A DNA stretch of 64,000 bases from Candidatus Nealsonbacteria bacterium (GCA_030617105.1 JAUWWC010000001.1:4759-68758); one strand, 5' to 3'. Shown: positions 9,174 to 18,533, counted from the first letter of the stretch. Numbers and translations: made by a program. The notes: a model not told the origin generated them from the sequence alone.

Positions 9174-10889
9174 ATGACTTCAAAAGAGATTAGGAATAAG
9201 TTTTTGAGATTCTTTGAAAAAAAAGGGCACAAAATAGTGCCCTCGTCTTCTCTTTTGTCTACTGATCCCAGTGTTTTGTTTACTACAGCTGGCATGCAGC
9301 AGTTTAAAGAATATTTCTTAGGAGAGTCATCTCCTTATGGAAACAGAGTTACTTCTTCTCAGAAATGTTTTAGGACTTCAGATATTGAGGAAATCGGGGA
9401 TACAACTCATTTGACTTTTTTAGAAATGCTGGGCAACTTCAGCTTCGGTGATTATTTCAAAAAAGAGTCTATTGAATGGACTCTTGAATTTTTAACTAAG
9501 GTTTGCAAATTGAAAAAAGAAAAGCTTTGGATTACTGCGTTTAAGGGGGATAAAGAGGTTCCTGAAGATAAAGAATCAAGGGAAATCTGGAGAAAATTGG
9601 GATTTCCTGAAAATAGAATTTATGGATTCTCGCGCAAAGATAATTTCTGGGGACCAACTGGTGAGCAAGGGCCTTGCGGGCCGACTACTGAAATTCATTA
9701 TGATTCAACAGGAAAAAGCTGCTCTTTAGGTAAAAAATGCTTGCCAAATTGTAGGTGCGGAAGATTTGTTGAATTATGGAATTTAGTTTTTAATGAATTT
9801 TATCAGGACAAAGATAAAAAACTAACGCCTTTAAAGCAAAAAGGAGTAGATACTGGCATGGGGCTGGAGAGATTAGCCATGGTTGTTCAAAACAAAGCAT
9901 CAGTTTTTGAAACTGATTTATTTTCTTCCACGCCTCAGGCCAAGGCAGAGAGAATTATTGCTGACCATATTAAGGGGTCAGTTTTTTTAGCTTCTGAAGG
10001 CATTATTCCTTCAAATGTTGAACAAGGCTATGTTTTGAGAAGAATCTTGAGAAGGGCAATTCGCTATGGCAAGATTTTGAAAATGCCAAAGAATTTCTTA
10101 ATTCCTTTAGCTCAGAAAGTTATTGAGATTTACAAAGATGTTTACCCAGAAGTTAAATCTAAAGAAACAGATATTTTAACTATTATTCAAAATGAAGAAG
10201 AAAAGTTTGAGAAAACTTTAGAAAGGGGATTAAAAGAATTTGATAAACTAATTAGCAGGAATAAAGATATAAAAGGGGAACAGGCCTTTGACCTTTATCA
10301 GAGTTATGGATTTCCTTTGGAGCTTACTGAAGAATTAGCCAAGGAAAAAGGTTTTAAAGTAGATAAAAAAGGTTTTGAAAAAGCAATAAAGAAACATCAA
10401 GAGATTTCCAGGGCTGGCAAAGAAGCAAAGTTTGGAGGAATAGGTAAAGAGGCAGGATTGGAAGCAGCAAAGCTTCATACAGCTACTCATTTGATGCATC
10501 AGGCATTAAGAGAGGTTTTGGGTAGTCACGTTAAGCAAATGGGTTCAGATATTACTCCTAAACGTCTCCGTTTTGATTTTTCTCATTCTGCTAAAATGAC
10601 AGAGCAGGAGATTAACAAGGTTGAGAAGATTGTTAATCAGAAAATTAAACAGGATTTAGAAGTTAAAAAACAAGAAATGCTTTATTCAGATGCTATAAAA
10701 TCAGGAGCTTTGGCATTTTTCAAAGAGAAATACCCTGAAAAAGTATCGGTTTATTCTATTGGCAAGTTTTCAAAAGAAATTTGCGCTGGTTCTCATGTTA
10801 AGCGCACTTCTGAGCTTGGTAAGTTCAAAATTATTAAAGAAGAATCTTCAAGCGCCGGCATCCGCCGTCTTCGCGCTATTTTAGAATAA
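9174..10889 (+). CDS. alaS: alanyl-tRNA synthetase, short form lacking C-terminal C-Ala domain (571 aa)
   Basis: class II catalytic core, FSFGDYFK; editing-domain HxxxH (HTATHLMH) and CxxxH (CAGSH). Confidence 0.85.
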   Translation: MTSKEIRNKFLRFFEKKGHKIVPSSSLLSTDPSVLFTTAGMQQFKEYFLGESSPYGNRVTSSQKCFRTSDIEEIGDTTHLTFLEMLGNFSFGDYFKKESIEWTLEFLTKVCKLKKEKLWITAFKGDKEVPEDKESREIWRKLGFPENRIYGFSRKDNFWGPTGEQGPCGPTTEIHYDSTGKSCSLGKKCLPNCRCGRFVELWNLVFNEFYQDKDKKLTPLKQKGVDTGMGLERLAMVVQNKASVFETDLFSSTPQAKAERIIADHIKGSVFLASEGIIPSNVEQGYVLRRILRRAIRYGKILKMPKNFLIPLAQKVIEIYKDVYPEVKSKETDILTIIQNEEEKFEKTLERGLKEFDKLISRNKDIKGEQAFDLYQSYGFPLELTEELAKEKGFKVDKKGFEKAIKKHQEISRAGKEAKFGGIGKEAGLEAAKLHTATHLMHQALREVLGSHVKQMGSDITPKRLRFDFSHSAKMTEQEINKVEKIVNQKIKQDLEVKKQEMLYSDAIKSGALAFFKEKYPEKVSVYSIGKFSKEICAGSHVKRTSELGKFKIIKEESSSAGIRRLRAILE

Positions 10890-10916
10890 AAAAGAATTCT
10901 GTGGTAGAATTAACTA

Positions 10917-12047
10917 ATGAGGTTTGATTTTTTGGGGATAAGGAGAAAAAAGGAAAGACTTTTTTTGGTTTTGGATATTGGAACTGAAGCAGTAAAGGTT
11001 TTAATTTGCAGAAAGGGTAATATCAAAGTTGCTATTTTAGGAGCTGCTACTCAATATTTTAAGAGATACAGTGTTTTTAATGGGAAGATTTTTGAAGCAA
11101 ACGTAATAAAGAAAGATATTCTCAAAGCAATTGAACAGGCCCAGGCCCAGGTTCAGGCGCAAGATTTAAAGAAATTACCAGTTTTACTTACTCTAAGCCC
11201 TAATATTCTAAAAGCAAGAGTTAATGGGCAGTCATTTATACAGGATGAAGGCTTGAAGATAAAAATTTCTAAAGCAAAAGAAAAAGCTATTCTCCAGCAG
11301 GTTCTTAAAAAAGCGCAGCAAGAAATTTCTCAAAGATTTAGCAGAGAATTTGGTATTTTAGCAAAAGATATTCACTGGATTAGTTTGAAAATTCTTGAAA
11401 TGAAAATTGATGGCTATCCAGTTTCAAGATTATGCGGATATAATGGGAAGGATTTAGAATTTAGGATCTTGGCTACTTTTTTGTTGAAACACTATCTCAA
11501 AAGCATAAAAAGAATTCTTGAAGATTTAGGATTAAAGATTTCTAAAATAGTTCATTTAGCTGAAAGCCTGCCTATCGCATTAGGAGGTAAGGCAGGGGAT
11601 GGTATTTTCTTTGATATTGGCGGAGAGGCCAGTCAAATTATTTTAGTAAAAGGAGGTAATTTGAAAAAGGTTAGTGAGCTAGGGGTTGGAGGAAAAGCAT
11701 TTTCCCAAAAACTATCTCAATCTTTGGGAATTGATGAGCAATCAGCAAGGATTCTTAAAGAAAGATACGCTAATAAAGTTTTAAGCGGGGAAGTTGGACA
11801 AAGAATTAAAGAGATACTTTTATCAGAGAAGCGAACTTGGCAGCAGGATTTAGAAATGAAGATTAAAGGAATAAATTCATCAAATATTCAGATTTTTGGT
11901 GGATCCAGCTTGCTTCCAGAAATTCAAGAGGTCTTGCCAGGAGCCAAGATTATTTATCCCCAAGATTTTAAAAACATTAAAGACGAAACAAAGAGTTTAA
12001 AAAATCCTCAATATATTCCATCTTTATTCATTTGCTATTATGGGTAA
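10917..12047 (+). CDS. actin-fold ATPase of the FtsA/PilM family
   Basis: LVLDIGTEAVKV and FFDIGGEASQ phosphate-binding motifs of FtsA/PilM; no ftsZ adjacent. Confidence 0.5.
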   Translation: MRFDFLGIRRKKERLFLVLDIGTEAVKVLICRKGNIKVAILGAATQYFKRYSVFNGKIFEANVIKKDILKAIEQAQAQVQAQDLKKLPVLLTLSPNILKARVNGQSFIQDEGLKIKISKAKEKAILQQVLKKAQQEISQRFSREFGILAKDIHWISLKILEMKIDGYPVSRLCGYNGKDLEFRILATFLLKHYLKSIKRILEDLGLKISKIVHLAESLPIALGGKAGDGIFFDIGGEASQIILVKGGNLKKVSELGVGGKAFSQKLSQSLGIDEQSARILKERYANKVLSGEVGQRIKEILLSEKRTWQQDLEMKIKGINSSNIQIFGGSSLLPEIQEVLPGAKIIYPQDFKNIKDETKSLKNPQYIPSLFICYYG

Positions 12048-13284
12048 GAAATTTTTTGACATAATTCCTCCAGAAGAAATTGATTCTTTAGGGAGTAAAA
12101 AACAACAAGAAAAGACAGTGCTAGTTGGGAAAAAGAAAGGATTTTTTCTAAAGAGTTTACTTTTTTGTTTGGTTCTTTTAGTCCTAATAGCAGTTTCAGG
12201 GTTTTTCTTTTTTTCTAAAGTAGAAATTGAGATTTGGCCAAAAACAGATATTTTATCTTTAGAAGAAAATCTTGTTATAGATTTGAATGCAGAGACGTTT
12301 AATTTTAGTGAAAAAATTATTCCAGGCAAGATTTTTATTAATGAGAAATCTGCTTCTCAAGAATTTCCTGCTTCAGGCAGAGTTTTAAAAAAAGAAAAAG
12401 CCACAGGAGTTATCCGAGTTTACAATGCTTATTCTACTTCTGCCAGGACTCTAATACCTTCTCGGTTTGTTTCTGCTGATGGCAAGTTATTCTGGTCTGT
12501 TAAAAGAATAACAATTCCAGGGGCAAGATATGAAAAAGGAAAACTTATTCCTGGTGAGATTGATGTTGAGGTTAAAGCAGCTGAACCAGGAGAAGATTAC
12601 AACATTGGTCCTTCTACTTTTGCTCTTCCTGCCTTAGCTGGCTCTCCGTTATACACCACTATTTATGGAAGGTCATTTTCAGATATGGCCGGAGGCTTTA
12701 TAGACGAAGTTCCCCAGATTAGCCAGGAGGATTTGGAAAAAGCTGAGAATATTTTAATTGAAGAATTAAAAAAAGAAAGCAGAGAGTTTTTCAAAACAAC
12801 TATTCCTAGAGATTTTGTTTTGTTAGATGAAACAATCTCTCAAGAGATTATAGAAACTAATAGCTCTTTGCAAGCAGGAACTGAGGCTGAGTCATTTGTG
12901 TTTCAAGTTAAGATTAAATCAGAAGGAGTTGGCTTTAAAAAATCAAATCTAGAGGATTTTGCTAAAGGTTGTATTAATTTGAATATATCAGAAGGTACAA
13001 GGATTCAGGAAGAGAGTTTAGAAATCAATCATTTTATTTTAGAGCAGAAGATTGATGAAGAGGGTAAAATTGTTTTAAATTTAGAGATTAAAAGCAAAGT
13101 TTATTCAGATATTGATTTAGATAAAGTTAAAAAAGCTCTTTTAGGAAAGTCGCTTAAAGAGGCCAGGATATTTTTAGAAAATCTTCCTGAAGTAACTAAA
13201 ATTGAGCTTAAATCTTGGCCATTCTTAAAGAAGAAAATTCCAGAGGATATGGAAAAGCTTGAGATAAAGCTAAGGATTGACTAA
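12040..13284 (+). CDS. membrane-anchored hypothetical protein (N-terminal cytoplasmic tail, one TM, ~350-aa external domain), translationally coupled to the FtsA/PilM-like gene
   Basis: 8-nt overlap with upstream gene; single TM at aa about 40-60; possible PilN/PilO-like or FtsQ-like role is inference. Confidence 0.5.
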   Translation: MGKKFFDIIPPEEIDSLGSKKQQEKTVLVGKKKGFFLKSLLFCLVLLVLIAVSGFFFFSKVEIEIWPKTDILSLEENLVIDLNAETFNFSEKIIPGKIFINEKSASQEFPASGRVLKKEKATGVIRVYNAYSTSARTLIPSRFVSADGKLFWSVKRITIPGARYEKGKLIPGEIDVEVKAAEPGEDYNIGPSTFALPALAGSPLYTTIYGRSFSDMAGGFIDEVPQISQEDLEKAENILIEELKKESREFFKTTIPRDFVLLDETISQEIIETNSSLQAGTEAESFVFQVKIKSEGVGFKKSNLEDFAKGCINLNISEGTRIQEESLEINHFILEQKIDEEGKIVLNLEIKSKVYSDIDLDKVKKALLGKSLKEARIFLENLPEVTKIELKSWPFLKKKIPEDMEKLEIKLRID

Positions 13285-13326
13285 TTAAAAAAACTTTGCT
13301 ATATTAGATAATTATTAAGTACCTAA

Positions 13327-13551
13327 ATGGCAGAAACTAAGAAAAATGTTTATCGGAAAACGGGTATTGTCTTAGAGGCGCTACCTAGCCTTGATTTTAA
13401 GGTAAAGTTAGATGACGGAAAAGAAATAATTGCTCACCTTGCTGGGAAGCTGAGAATTTATAGGATTAAAGTTTTGCCAGGAGATAAGGTAACAGTAGAG
13501 ATGAGCACTCAGGGTGATACCAGAGGGAGAATTGTATATAGGGGGAAGTAA
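13327..13551 (+). CDS. infA: translation initiation factor IF-1
   Basis: S1-like KVLPGDKVTVEMSTQGDTRGRIVYR. Confidence 0.85.
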   Translation: MAETKKNVYRKTGIVLEALPSLDFKVKLDDGKEIIAHLAGKLRIYRIKVLPGDKVTVEMSTQGDTRGRIVYRGK

Positions 13552-13554
13552 TTT

Positions 13555-13671
13555 ATGAAAGTAAGGCCATCAGTTAAAAAAATATGCAGAGATTGTAAAG
13601 TCGTCCGAAGGAAAGGACGAGTTTATGTAATTTGCAAGAAAAATCCTAAACATAAGCAACGTCAAGGTTAA
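13555..13671 (+). CDS. rpmJ: 50S ribosomal protein L36 (38 aa; not in ORF track)
   Basis: [38 protein letters not shown] translated by hand; C...C...C...H zinc ribbon. Confidence 0.8.
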   Translation: MKVRPSVKKICRDCKVVRRKGRVYVICKKNPKHKQRQG

Positions 13672-13690
13672 GTACCCGCTCTATAAAATT

Positions 13691-14080
13691 ATGCCAAGAA
13701 TTGCTGGGGTTAATATCCCAAAAGAAAAACAAATAGAGATTGCTCTAACCTATATTTATGGTATAGGTCGTTCTTTGAGTAGAAGAATTTTATCTGAAGC
13801 AGGGGTTGATCCTAGTTGCAGGGCTTCTGAATTAAAAACAGAAGAAATAAATAAGCTTAAAGACATAATTGAAAAAAAATACAAGATTGAAGGAGGGCTT
13901 AGGAGAGAAGTAATGGTGAGTATTAAGAGATTGCGGGATATTGGCTCTTGGCGAGGTATTCGTCATATTAAAGGATTACCAGTTAGAGGCCAAAGAACAC
14001 GGACTAATACCAGAACCATTCGTGGGAATGTGAGAAAGACAGTAGGGTCTGGAAGAAAAGCAGCACCAGAACCAAAGTAA
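13691..14080 (+). CDS. rpsM: 30S ribosomal protein S13
   Basis: MPRIAGVNIPKEKQIEIALTYIYGIG. Confidence 0.85.
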   Translation: MPRIAGVNIPKEKQIEIALTYIYGIGRSLSRRILSEAGVDPSCRASELKTEEINKLKDIIEKKYKIEGGLRREVMVSIKRLRDIGSWRGIRHIKGLPVRGQRTRTNTRTIRGNVRKTVGSGRKAAPEPK

Positions 14081-14088
14081 ATAATATT

Positions 14089-14541
14089 ATGGGTAAAAAA
14101 AGAATTGTTGCAAAAACTGAAGAAGAGTTGTTAAAAGAAACAGAAAGAGTAGAAGCTGGGATGAAGAAAGAAATTAAAACTAAAAAACCTTCAAAAACAA
14201 AAGAGGGCAAGATTTGCATTTCTTCTTCATATAACAATACTCTAATTACTTTAACTGACCTTCATGGTAATGTTTTAACCTGGGCTAGTGCTGGCTCAAT
14301 TGGTTTTAAAGGAACAAAAAAAGCCACTCCTTTTGCTGCTTCAAAGGTTGCAGAAGCAATATCTCTTGCAGCTAAAAGATTAGGAATTGAGAAAATAGCG
14401 GTTTTAGTAAAAGGAATTGGTTCTGGCCGGGAATCAGCTATTAGATCTTTAGCTGTTCATGGCTTAGAGATTGTTTCTATTAGCGATATTACGCCAGTAC
14501 CACATAATGGTTGCAGGCCGCCAAAAGTCAGGAGAGTTTAA
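14089..14541 (+). CDS. rpsK: 30S ribosomal protein S11
   Basis: S11 signature; alpha-operon order. Confidence 0.85.
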   Translation: MGKKRIVAKTEEELLKETERVEAGMKKEIKTKKPSKTKEGKICISSSYNNTLITLTDLHGNVLTWASAGSIGFKGTKKATPFAASKVAEAISLAAKRLGIEKIAVLVKGIGSGRESAIRSLAVHGLEIVSISDITPVPHNGCRPPKVRRV

Positions 14542-14551
14542 AAGTTTAAAA

Positions 14552-15181
14552 ATGAGGGATAAGAAATGTAAAATTTGCAGACGGTTAGGAGTAAAGCTCT
14601 TTTTAAAGGGTGAACGTTGTTTATCTCCGAAATGTCCAATGATAACAAAACCCTATGCTCCTGGAGAAAAAGGCAAAAAGAGAACTAGGCCTCCTTCTGA
14701 GTATGGCAAGGAATTAAGAGAGAAGCAAAAACTAAAAAACTGGTATAATTTAAAAGAGAGGCAATTTAGAAAATATGTAAAAGAAGTTCTTGAAAAGCGA
14801 GGAAAAGTAGAAGATGCCGGAGCTTTACTAATAAGAAAATTAGAAAGCCGTTTAGATAATGTGGTTTTTCGGATGGGATTTACTCCTTCTCGTGTTCAGG
14901 CCAGGCAAATTGTCAACCATGGTCATTTTTTGGTCAATGGAAAAAAGGTTAATATTCCATCTTATCAAGTTAAAAAAGGAGATAAGATTAGTTTGCAACC
15001 CAGCTCTCATAAGAAAGTTATGTTTCAAAATCTTCCAACAATCTTAAAGAAATACCAAGCTCCTTCTTGGATTAAAGTTAATATTGAGAAATTAGAAGGA
15101 GAAATTGTTGGCCAGCCTAATTTAGAAGAAGCAGGCCTGCCAGCTGAAATTTCTACTATCTTTGAGTTTTATTCACGATAA
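14552..15181 (+). CDS. rpsD: 30S ribosomal protein S4 (zinc-finger type); start trimmed to MRDKKCKIC
   Basis: CKICRRLG...CLSPKC zinc knuckle; S4 RNA-binding domain. Confidence 0.85.
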   Translation: MRDKKCKICRRLGVKLFLKGERCLSPKCPMITKPYAPGEKGKKRTRPPSEYGKELREKQKLKNWYNLKERQFRKYVKEVLEKRGKVEDAGALLIRKLESRLDNVVFRMGFTPSRVQARQIVNHGHFLVNGKKVNIPSYQVKKGDKISLQPSSHKKVMFQNLPTILKKYQAPSWIKVNIEKLEGEIVGQPNLEEAGLPAEISTIFEFYSR

Positions 15182-15185
15182 CATA

Positions 15186-15263
15186 ATGCGAATGACGCGA
15201 ATTACTATGCGAATGACGCGAATAAATATTCGTAGCATTCGCATATCATTCGTAGATTCGCAT
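15186..15263 (+). promoter_or_regulatory. structured repeat element in rpsD-rpoA spacer: 2x ATGCGAATGACGCGAAT followed by 2x CGTAG(C)ATTCGCAT (complementary), predicting a long nested imperfect hairpin
   Basis: Direct and inverted repeats read directly; ATTCGCAT is the reverse complement of ATGCGAAT. Confidence 0.5.
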
Positions 15264-15272
15264 TAAATTTAT

Positions 15273-16031
15273 ATGATTTTACTTCCCAAATCGCCTAAAA
15301 TTATTAATAAAAAAGAGGACTCTGCTCGTTTTGAAATTGAAGCGCTCTATCCTGGATATGGAGTAACTATTGGCAATTCTCTTAGAAGAGTTTTGCTTTC
15401 TTCTTTGTCAGGAGCAGCTGTTACCCAAATGAAAATTAAAGCGGTTCAGCATGAATTCTCAACAATATCAGGTGTTTCAGAAGATGTAATTACTATTGCA
15501 ATGAATTTAAAGCAGTTGAGATTTAAAATGCATACTGATGAACCACAAAAAGTAAGCTTAAAGATAAAAGGCGAGAAAAAAGTGAAAGGTTCTGATTTTA
15601 AATTCTCTAGCCAGGTTGAATTAATAAATAAGTCCTGTCACATTGCTACTTTAACTAGTAAAAAAGCAGAATTAGACATGGAAATTCAAATTGAAAAAGG
15701 TATTGGATATGAGCCAGTTGAGCGAAGGAAAAAGCAAAAGAAATTAGAAATCGGAGTAATTCCCATTGATGCCATTTTTACTCCTATTAAAAGAGTGAGT
15801 TATAAAGTGGAGAATATGCGGGTAGGGGAGAGGACTGATTTTGACAGACTATATTTAGATATTAAAACTGATGGAACAATTACTCCTGAAGATGCATTCT
15901 TTCAGGCCTCAGACATTTTAGTAAAGCACTTTTCCTTATTTGCTGGACTTTCCAAAGTTGTAAAAATGCAAAAAGAAAAGAAAGTAGTTAAAAAGCCTGC
16001 TAAAAAGAAAGAACCAAAGAAAAAAAAGTAA
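15273..16031 (+). CDS. rpoA: DNA-directed RNA polymerase alpha subunit, N-terminal domain only with Lys-rich tail (no recognisable alpha-CTD)
   Basis: RpoA NTD signature ([17 protein letters not shown]); 252 aa ending [13 protein letters not shown]. Confidence 0.8.
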   Translation: MILLPKSPKIINKKEDSARFEIEALYPGYGVTIGNSLRRVLLSSLSGAAVTQMKIKAVQHEFSTISGVSEDVITIAMNLKQLRFKMHTDEPQKVSLKIKGEKKVKGSDFKFSSQVELINKSCHIATLTSKKAELDMEIQIEKGIGYEPVERRKKQKKLEIGVIPIDAIFTPIKRVSYKVENMRVGERTDFDRLYLDIKTDGTITPEDAFFQASDILVKHFSLFAGLSKVVKMQKEKKVVKKPAKKKEPKKKK

Positions 16032-16032
16032 T

Positions 16033-16380
16033 ATGCGGAAACTTAAACAAGGCAGAAAATTATCAAGAAAAAGAAATCAGCGGAAAGCTCTGTTAAAATC
16101 TTTAGCACAAGCCCTTTTTTTACATAACAAGATAAAAACTAGTGAGGCAAAAGCCAAAGAGCTTTCCAGGTTTGCTGAGAAATGCATAACCCGAGCAAAG
16201 AAAGGAGATTTGAATTCCAGAAGAATCTTAGCAAAGTATTTCTCAAAAGATTTAGTCAAAAGATTGATTGATGAGATTGGACCAAAGTATAAGAATAGAA
16301 AAGGGGGATATACAAGAATTATTAAATTGGGTCCTAGAAAAAGTGATGGTGCCAGGATAGCGATAATAGAATTAGTATGA
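16033..16380 (+). CDS. rplQ: 50S ribosomal protein L17
   Basis: L17 signature; after rpoA. Confidence 0.85.
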   Translation: MRKLKQGRKLSRKRNQRKALLKSLAQALFLHNKIKTSEAKAKELSRFAEKCITRAKKGDLNSRRILAKYFSKDLVKRLIDEIGPKYKNRKGGYTRIIKLGPRKSDGARIAIIELV

Positions 16381-16724
16381 AAAGAGAAACTCATACAATT
16401 GATGCTAGCGGCAAGATTTTGGGCCGTTTCGCTACTGAAATTGCTGTTTTGCTTCGCGGCAAAAACAAACCCGATTTTATTCCTAACAAAGACATGGGTG
16501 ATTTTGTAGTTGTTAAAAATATTAATAAGATTGAAGTCACTGGCAAGAAACTTGAGAAGAAAATTTATTATCATCACTCTGGATATTTAGGAGGATTGAA
16601 AGAAACCCCATTGAAGAAACTTTTTGAGAAAGATCCAGGAGAGGTTTTAAAAAGAGCAGTTTTCGGCATGCTGCCTAAGAATAAGTTACGAGCTAAGCAA
16701 ATTAAAAGATTAAAGTTTGAATAA
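16377..16724 (+). CDS. rplM: 50S ribosomal protein L13
   Basis: [22 protein letters not shown]. Confidence 0.85.
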   Translation: MKRETHTIDASGKILGRFATEIAVLLRGKNKPDFIPNKDMGDFVVVKNINKIEVTGKKLEKKIYYHHSGYLGGLKETPLKKLFEKDPGEVLKRAVFGMLPKNKLRAKQIKRLKFE

Positions 16725-17200
16725 TGGAAAAAGCTAAAAAAACTAAAACAAAAAAGAAGACAAGTAGTAAAAAGAAAGTTGAGAAACGCAAAAAGCCAAG
16801 AGCTAAACCAGCTAAGTATTTTGAAGCAGTTGGCAGGAGAAAAACATCTGTGGCTCGGGTTCGGCTTTTTACTCAGGGAGATAAAACAATTATGATTAAT
16901 GGAAAATCGTATAAAGAATATTTTCCTGGTTTAGAGCTTCAGCAGATTGTAGATACTGCTTTAGATAAAATGAAAGCTCTTGATAAGTTTATGGTTTCAG
17001 CTAAGGTAAAAGGGGGAGGAGTTCATTCTCAAGCTGAAGCTGTTAGGCATGGAATTTCCAGGGCTCTTGTGAAGTTTAATCCTGAGTTTCGCAAACGGCT
17101 TAGGCGAGCTGGATATTTAACCCGTGATCCCAGAATGCGGGAAAGAAAGAAATTCGGATTAAAGCGCGCCCGCAGAGGCCCGCAATGGTCTAAGAGATAA
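16724..17200 (+). CDS. rpsI: 30S ribosomal protein S9 with ~30-aa Lys-rich N-terminal extension
   Basis: AVGRRKTSVARV...RDPRMRERKK...; K-rich N-terminus. Confidence 0.85.
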   Translation: MEKAKKTKTKKKTSSKKKVEKRKKPRAKPAKYFEAVGRRKTSVARVRLFTQGDKTIMINGKSYKEYFPGLELQQIVDTALDKMKALDKFMVSAKVKGGGVHSQAEAVRHGISRALVKFNPEFRKRLRRAGYLTRDPRMRERKKFGLKRARRGPQWSKR

Positions 17201-17206
17201 TAAAAA

Positions 17207-17240
17207 ATCCCTCTGAAAATCAGGGGGATTTTTGCTTTTT
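17207..17240 (+). terminator. rho-independent terminator after rpsI
   Basis: TCCCTCTG...CAGGGGGA stem followed by TTTTTGCTTTTTT. Confidence 0.6.
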
Positions 17241-17252
17241 TACTGCTTTTTA

Positions 17253-17615
17253 CTACTCTCTGTTGAATTTATATTTGATTTTGCATTGTTGGGCTCTAAA
17301 ACGATTTAGATGTTTAAATCCTGCAGGTAAATCTGATTCCAGTGTTTCTCCATTGAAGCTTAAATCAACAGGATATATACAAGCGACTTCCCAAGTTTTT
17401 GCTTGTGGGTTCTCTTGTACACAGAAAGAAAGATTGTGTTTTTGGCCCAAATCAAGAATCAGAACAGATACATCAACTACACCTTCACAACGTTTCATCG
17501 TTCTAATATTGAGCCCTTTTTTACAAGGAAGGCCAACTTGATGAGCAAATTGAAGTGCGAAGTCAACAGCTGTTAGATCTATTGCCATAACATCGGTGTT
17601 TCTAATAGAATTCAT
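17253..17615 (-). CDS. hypothetical protein (120 aa), start MNSIRNTDV with strong SD AGGAGGTG
   Basis: ORF plus canonical RBS 5 nt upstream; no family recognised. Confidence 0.5.
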   Translation of the reverse strand: MNSIRNTDVMAIDLTAVDFALQFAHQVGLPCKKGLNIRTMKRCEGVVDVSVLILDLGQKHNLSFCVQENPQAKTWEVACIYPVDLSFNGETLESDLPAGFKHLNRFRAQQCKIKYKFNRE

Positions 17616-17725
17616 TTTACACCTCCTGGGCATCACGCCCAATTTACTGCCATCACGGCAGAAAGGTTAATAATGTGGTTTGAAACGAACTAATACTACT
17701 TACAGTATACACCCATATTTAGTTT

Positions 17726-17778
17726 TTGTCAAGAGCTGGTGCTGGGGATTTGACCTTTGTTTATAAATAGATTAAAAT
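17726..17778. promoter_or_regulatory. divergent promoter pair with palindromic -35s (TTGTCAA...TTGACC); plus-strand -10 TAAAAT 17773-17778 gives near-leaderless start for the Cas4-like gene; minus-strand TTGACA-N17-TATACT for the 120-aa gene
   Basis: Hexamers and spacing read directly. Confidence 0.45.
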
Positions 17779-17786
17779 GATATTGT

Positions 17787-18470
17787 ATGTTAAAAGAAAT
17801 TATTGATAAATATTATTTGGATAGGCAGAGGAATAAAGAACAGCGTCATTTTTATATCAGTGACGCTGGCAAGTGTTCTCGGGCAGTGTTTTTTAAATTT
17901 AAAAACGCTCCCAGAAAAGAAATGGGAGCAAATATCTTGAGATTATTTGATCATGGAGACCATATGCACAAGCTTATAATGAAGTCTTTATTAAGCACTA
18001 GAGATATTCATGTCGTGGCTTCTGAAGTAAATATTGCTCCACAAGAGATAATTTCAGGCAGAGCCGACGCCATAATTAGTGATGGAAAGCAACTCTATGT
18101 TTTAGACATTAAAAGCATGAATAGTATGATTTTCAGAAATTTGATACAGGCAAAAGAGGAAAACGTTGAGCAGCTTCAATTATACTTGCATTATTTTAAA
18201 ATACCTAAGGGAATCCTGCTTTATGTTGATAAAGATAAGTTAGAGCTGAAAGAGTTTATAGTAAGCTATAATCAAATCCAAGCAGAAAGTCTTTTGAAAC
18301 AGTTAACTGTTCTTAAAAAACAAATTGATTCTAACACTATTCCTTCACGTCTTGCCGATTATCCAGATGGTTGGCAGTGTAATTATTGCCAGTTTAGAGA
18401 AATCTGTGATATGGGAGCTCCAGATGAAATGAAATGGGACGATTTTAAACAAAAAATAGAGTCTCAATAA
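17787..18470 (+). CDS. Cas4-like / RecB-family PD-(D/E)xK nuclease with 4-Cys Fe-S cluster signature (DUF83-like), stand-alone
   Basis: N-terminal Cys (SDAGKCSR), GRADAII (motif II), VLDIKS (D-x-K), QLQLY (QxxxY), C-terminal CNYCQFREIC (Cx2Cx5C). Confidence 0.6.
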   Translation: MLKEIIDKYYLDRQRNKEQRHFYISDAGKCSRAVFFKFKNAPRKEMGANILRLFDHGDHMHKLIMKSLLSTRDIHVVASEVNIAPQEIISGRADAIISDGKQLYVLDIKSMNSMIFRNLIQAKEENVEQLQLYLHYFKIPKGILLYVDKDKLELKEFIVSYNQIQAESLLKQLTVLKKQIDSNTIPSRLADYPDGWQCNYCQFREICDMGAPDEMKWDDFKQKIESQ

Positions 18471-18533
18471 ATAATTAACAAAATAAAAATTAAAAAGGAG
18501 CTTAGCTTCTTTTTAGTTTGGGAGATTTTGGCC

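Noticed and set aside
14859-16577. ORFs 14859..15047+ (inside rpsD) and 16077..16577- (antisense to rplQ/rplM)
   Set aside because: Inside conserved ribosomal-protein genes. Spurious.
17263-17541. Plus-strand ORF 17263..17541
   Set aside because: The minus-strand ORF 17253..17615 has a canonical AGGAGGTG SD and its own promoter. The plus-strand frame has neither.
18486-18512. Possible terminator hairpin after the Cas4-like gene (AAGCTTAGCTT)
   Set aside because: The self-complementary AGCT units leave a 1-nt loop, so it is not a convincing stem-loop. Termination here is uncertain.
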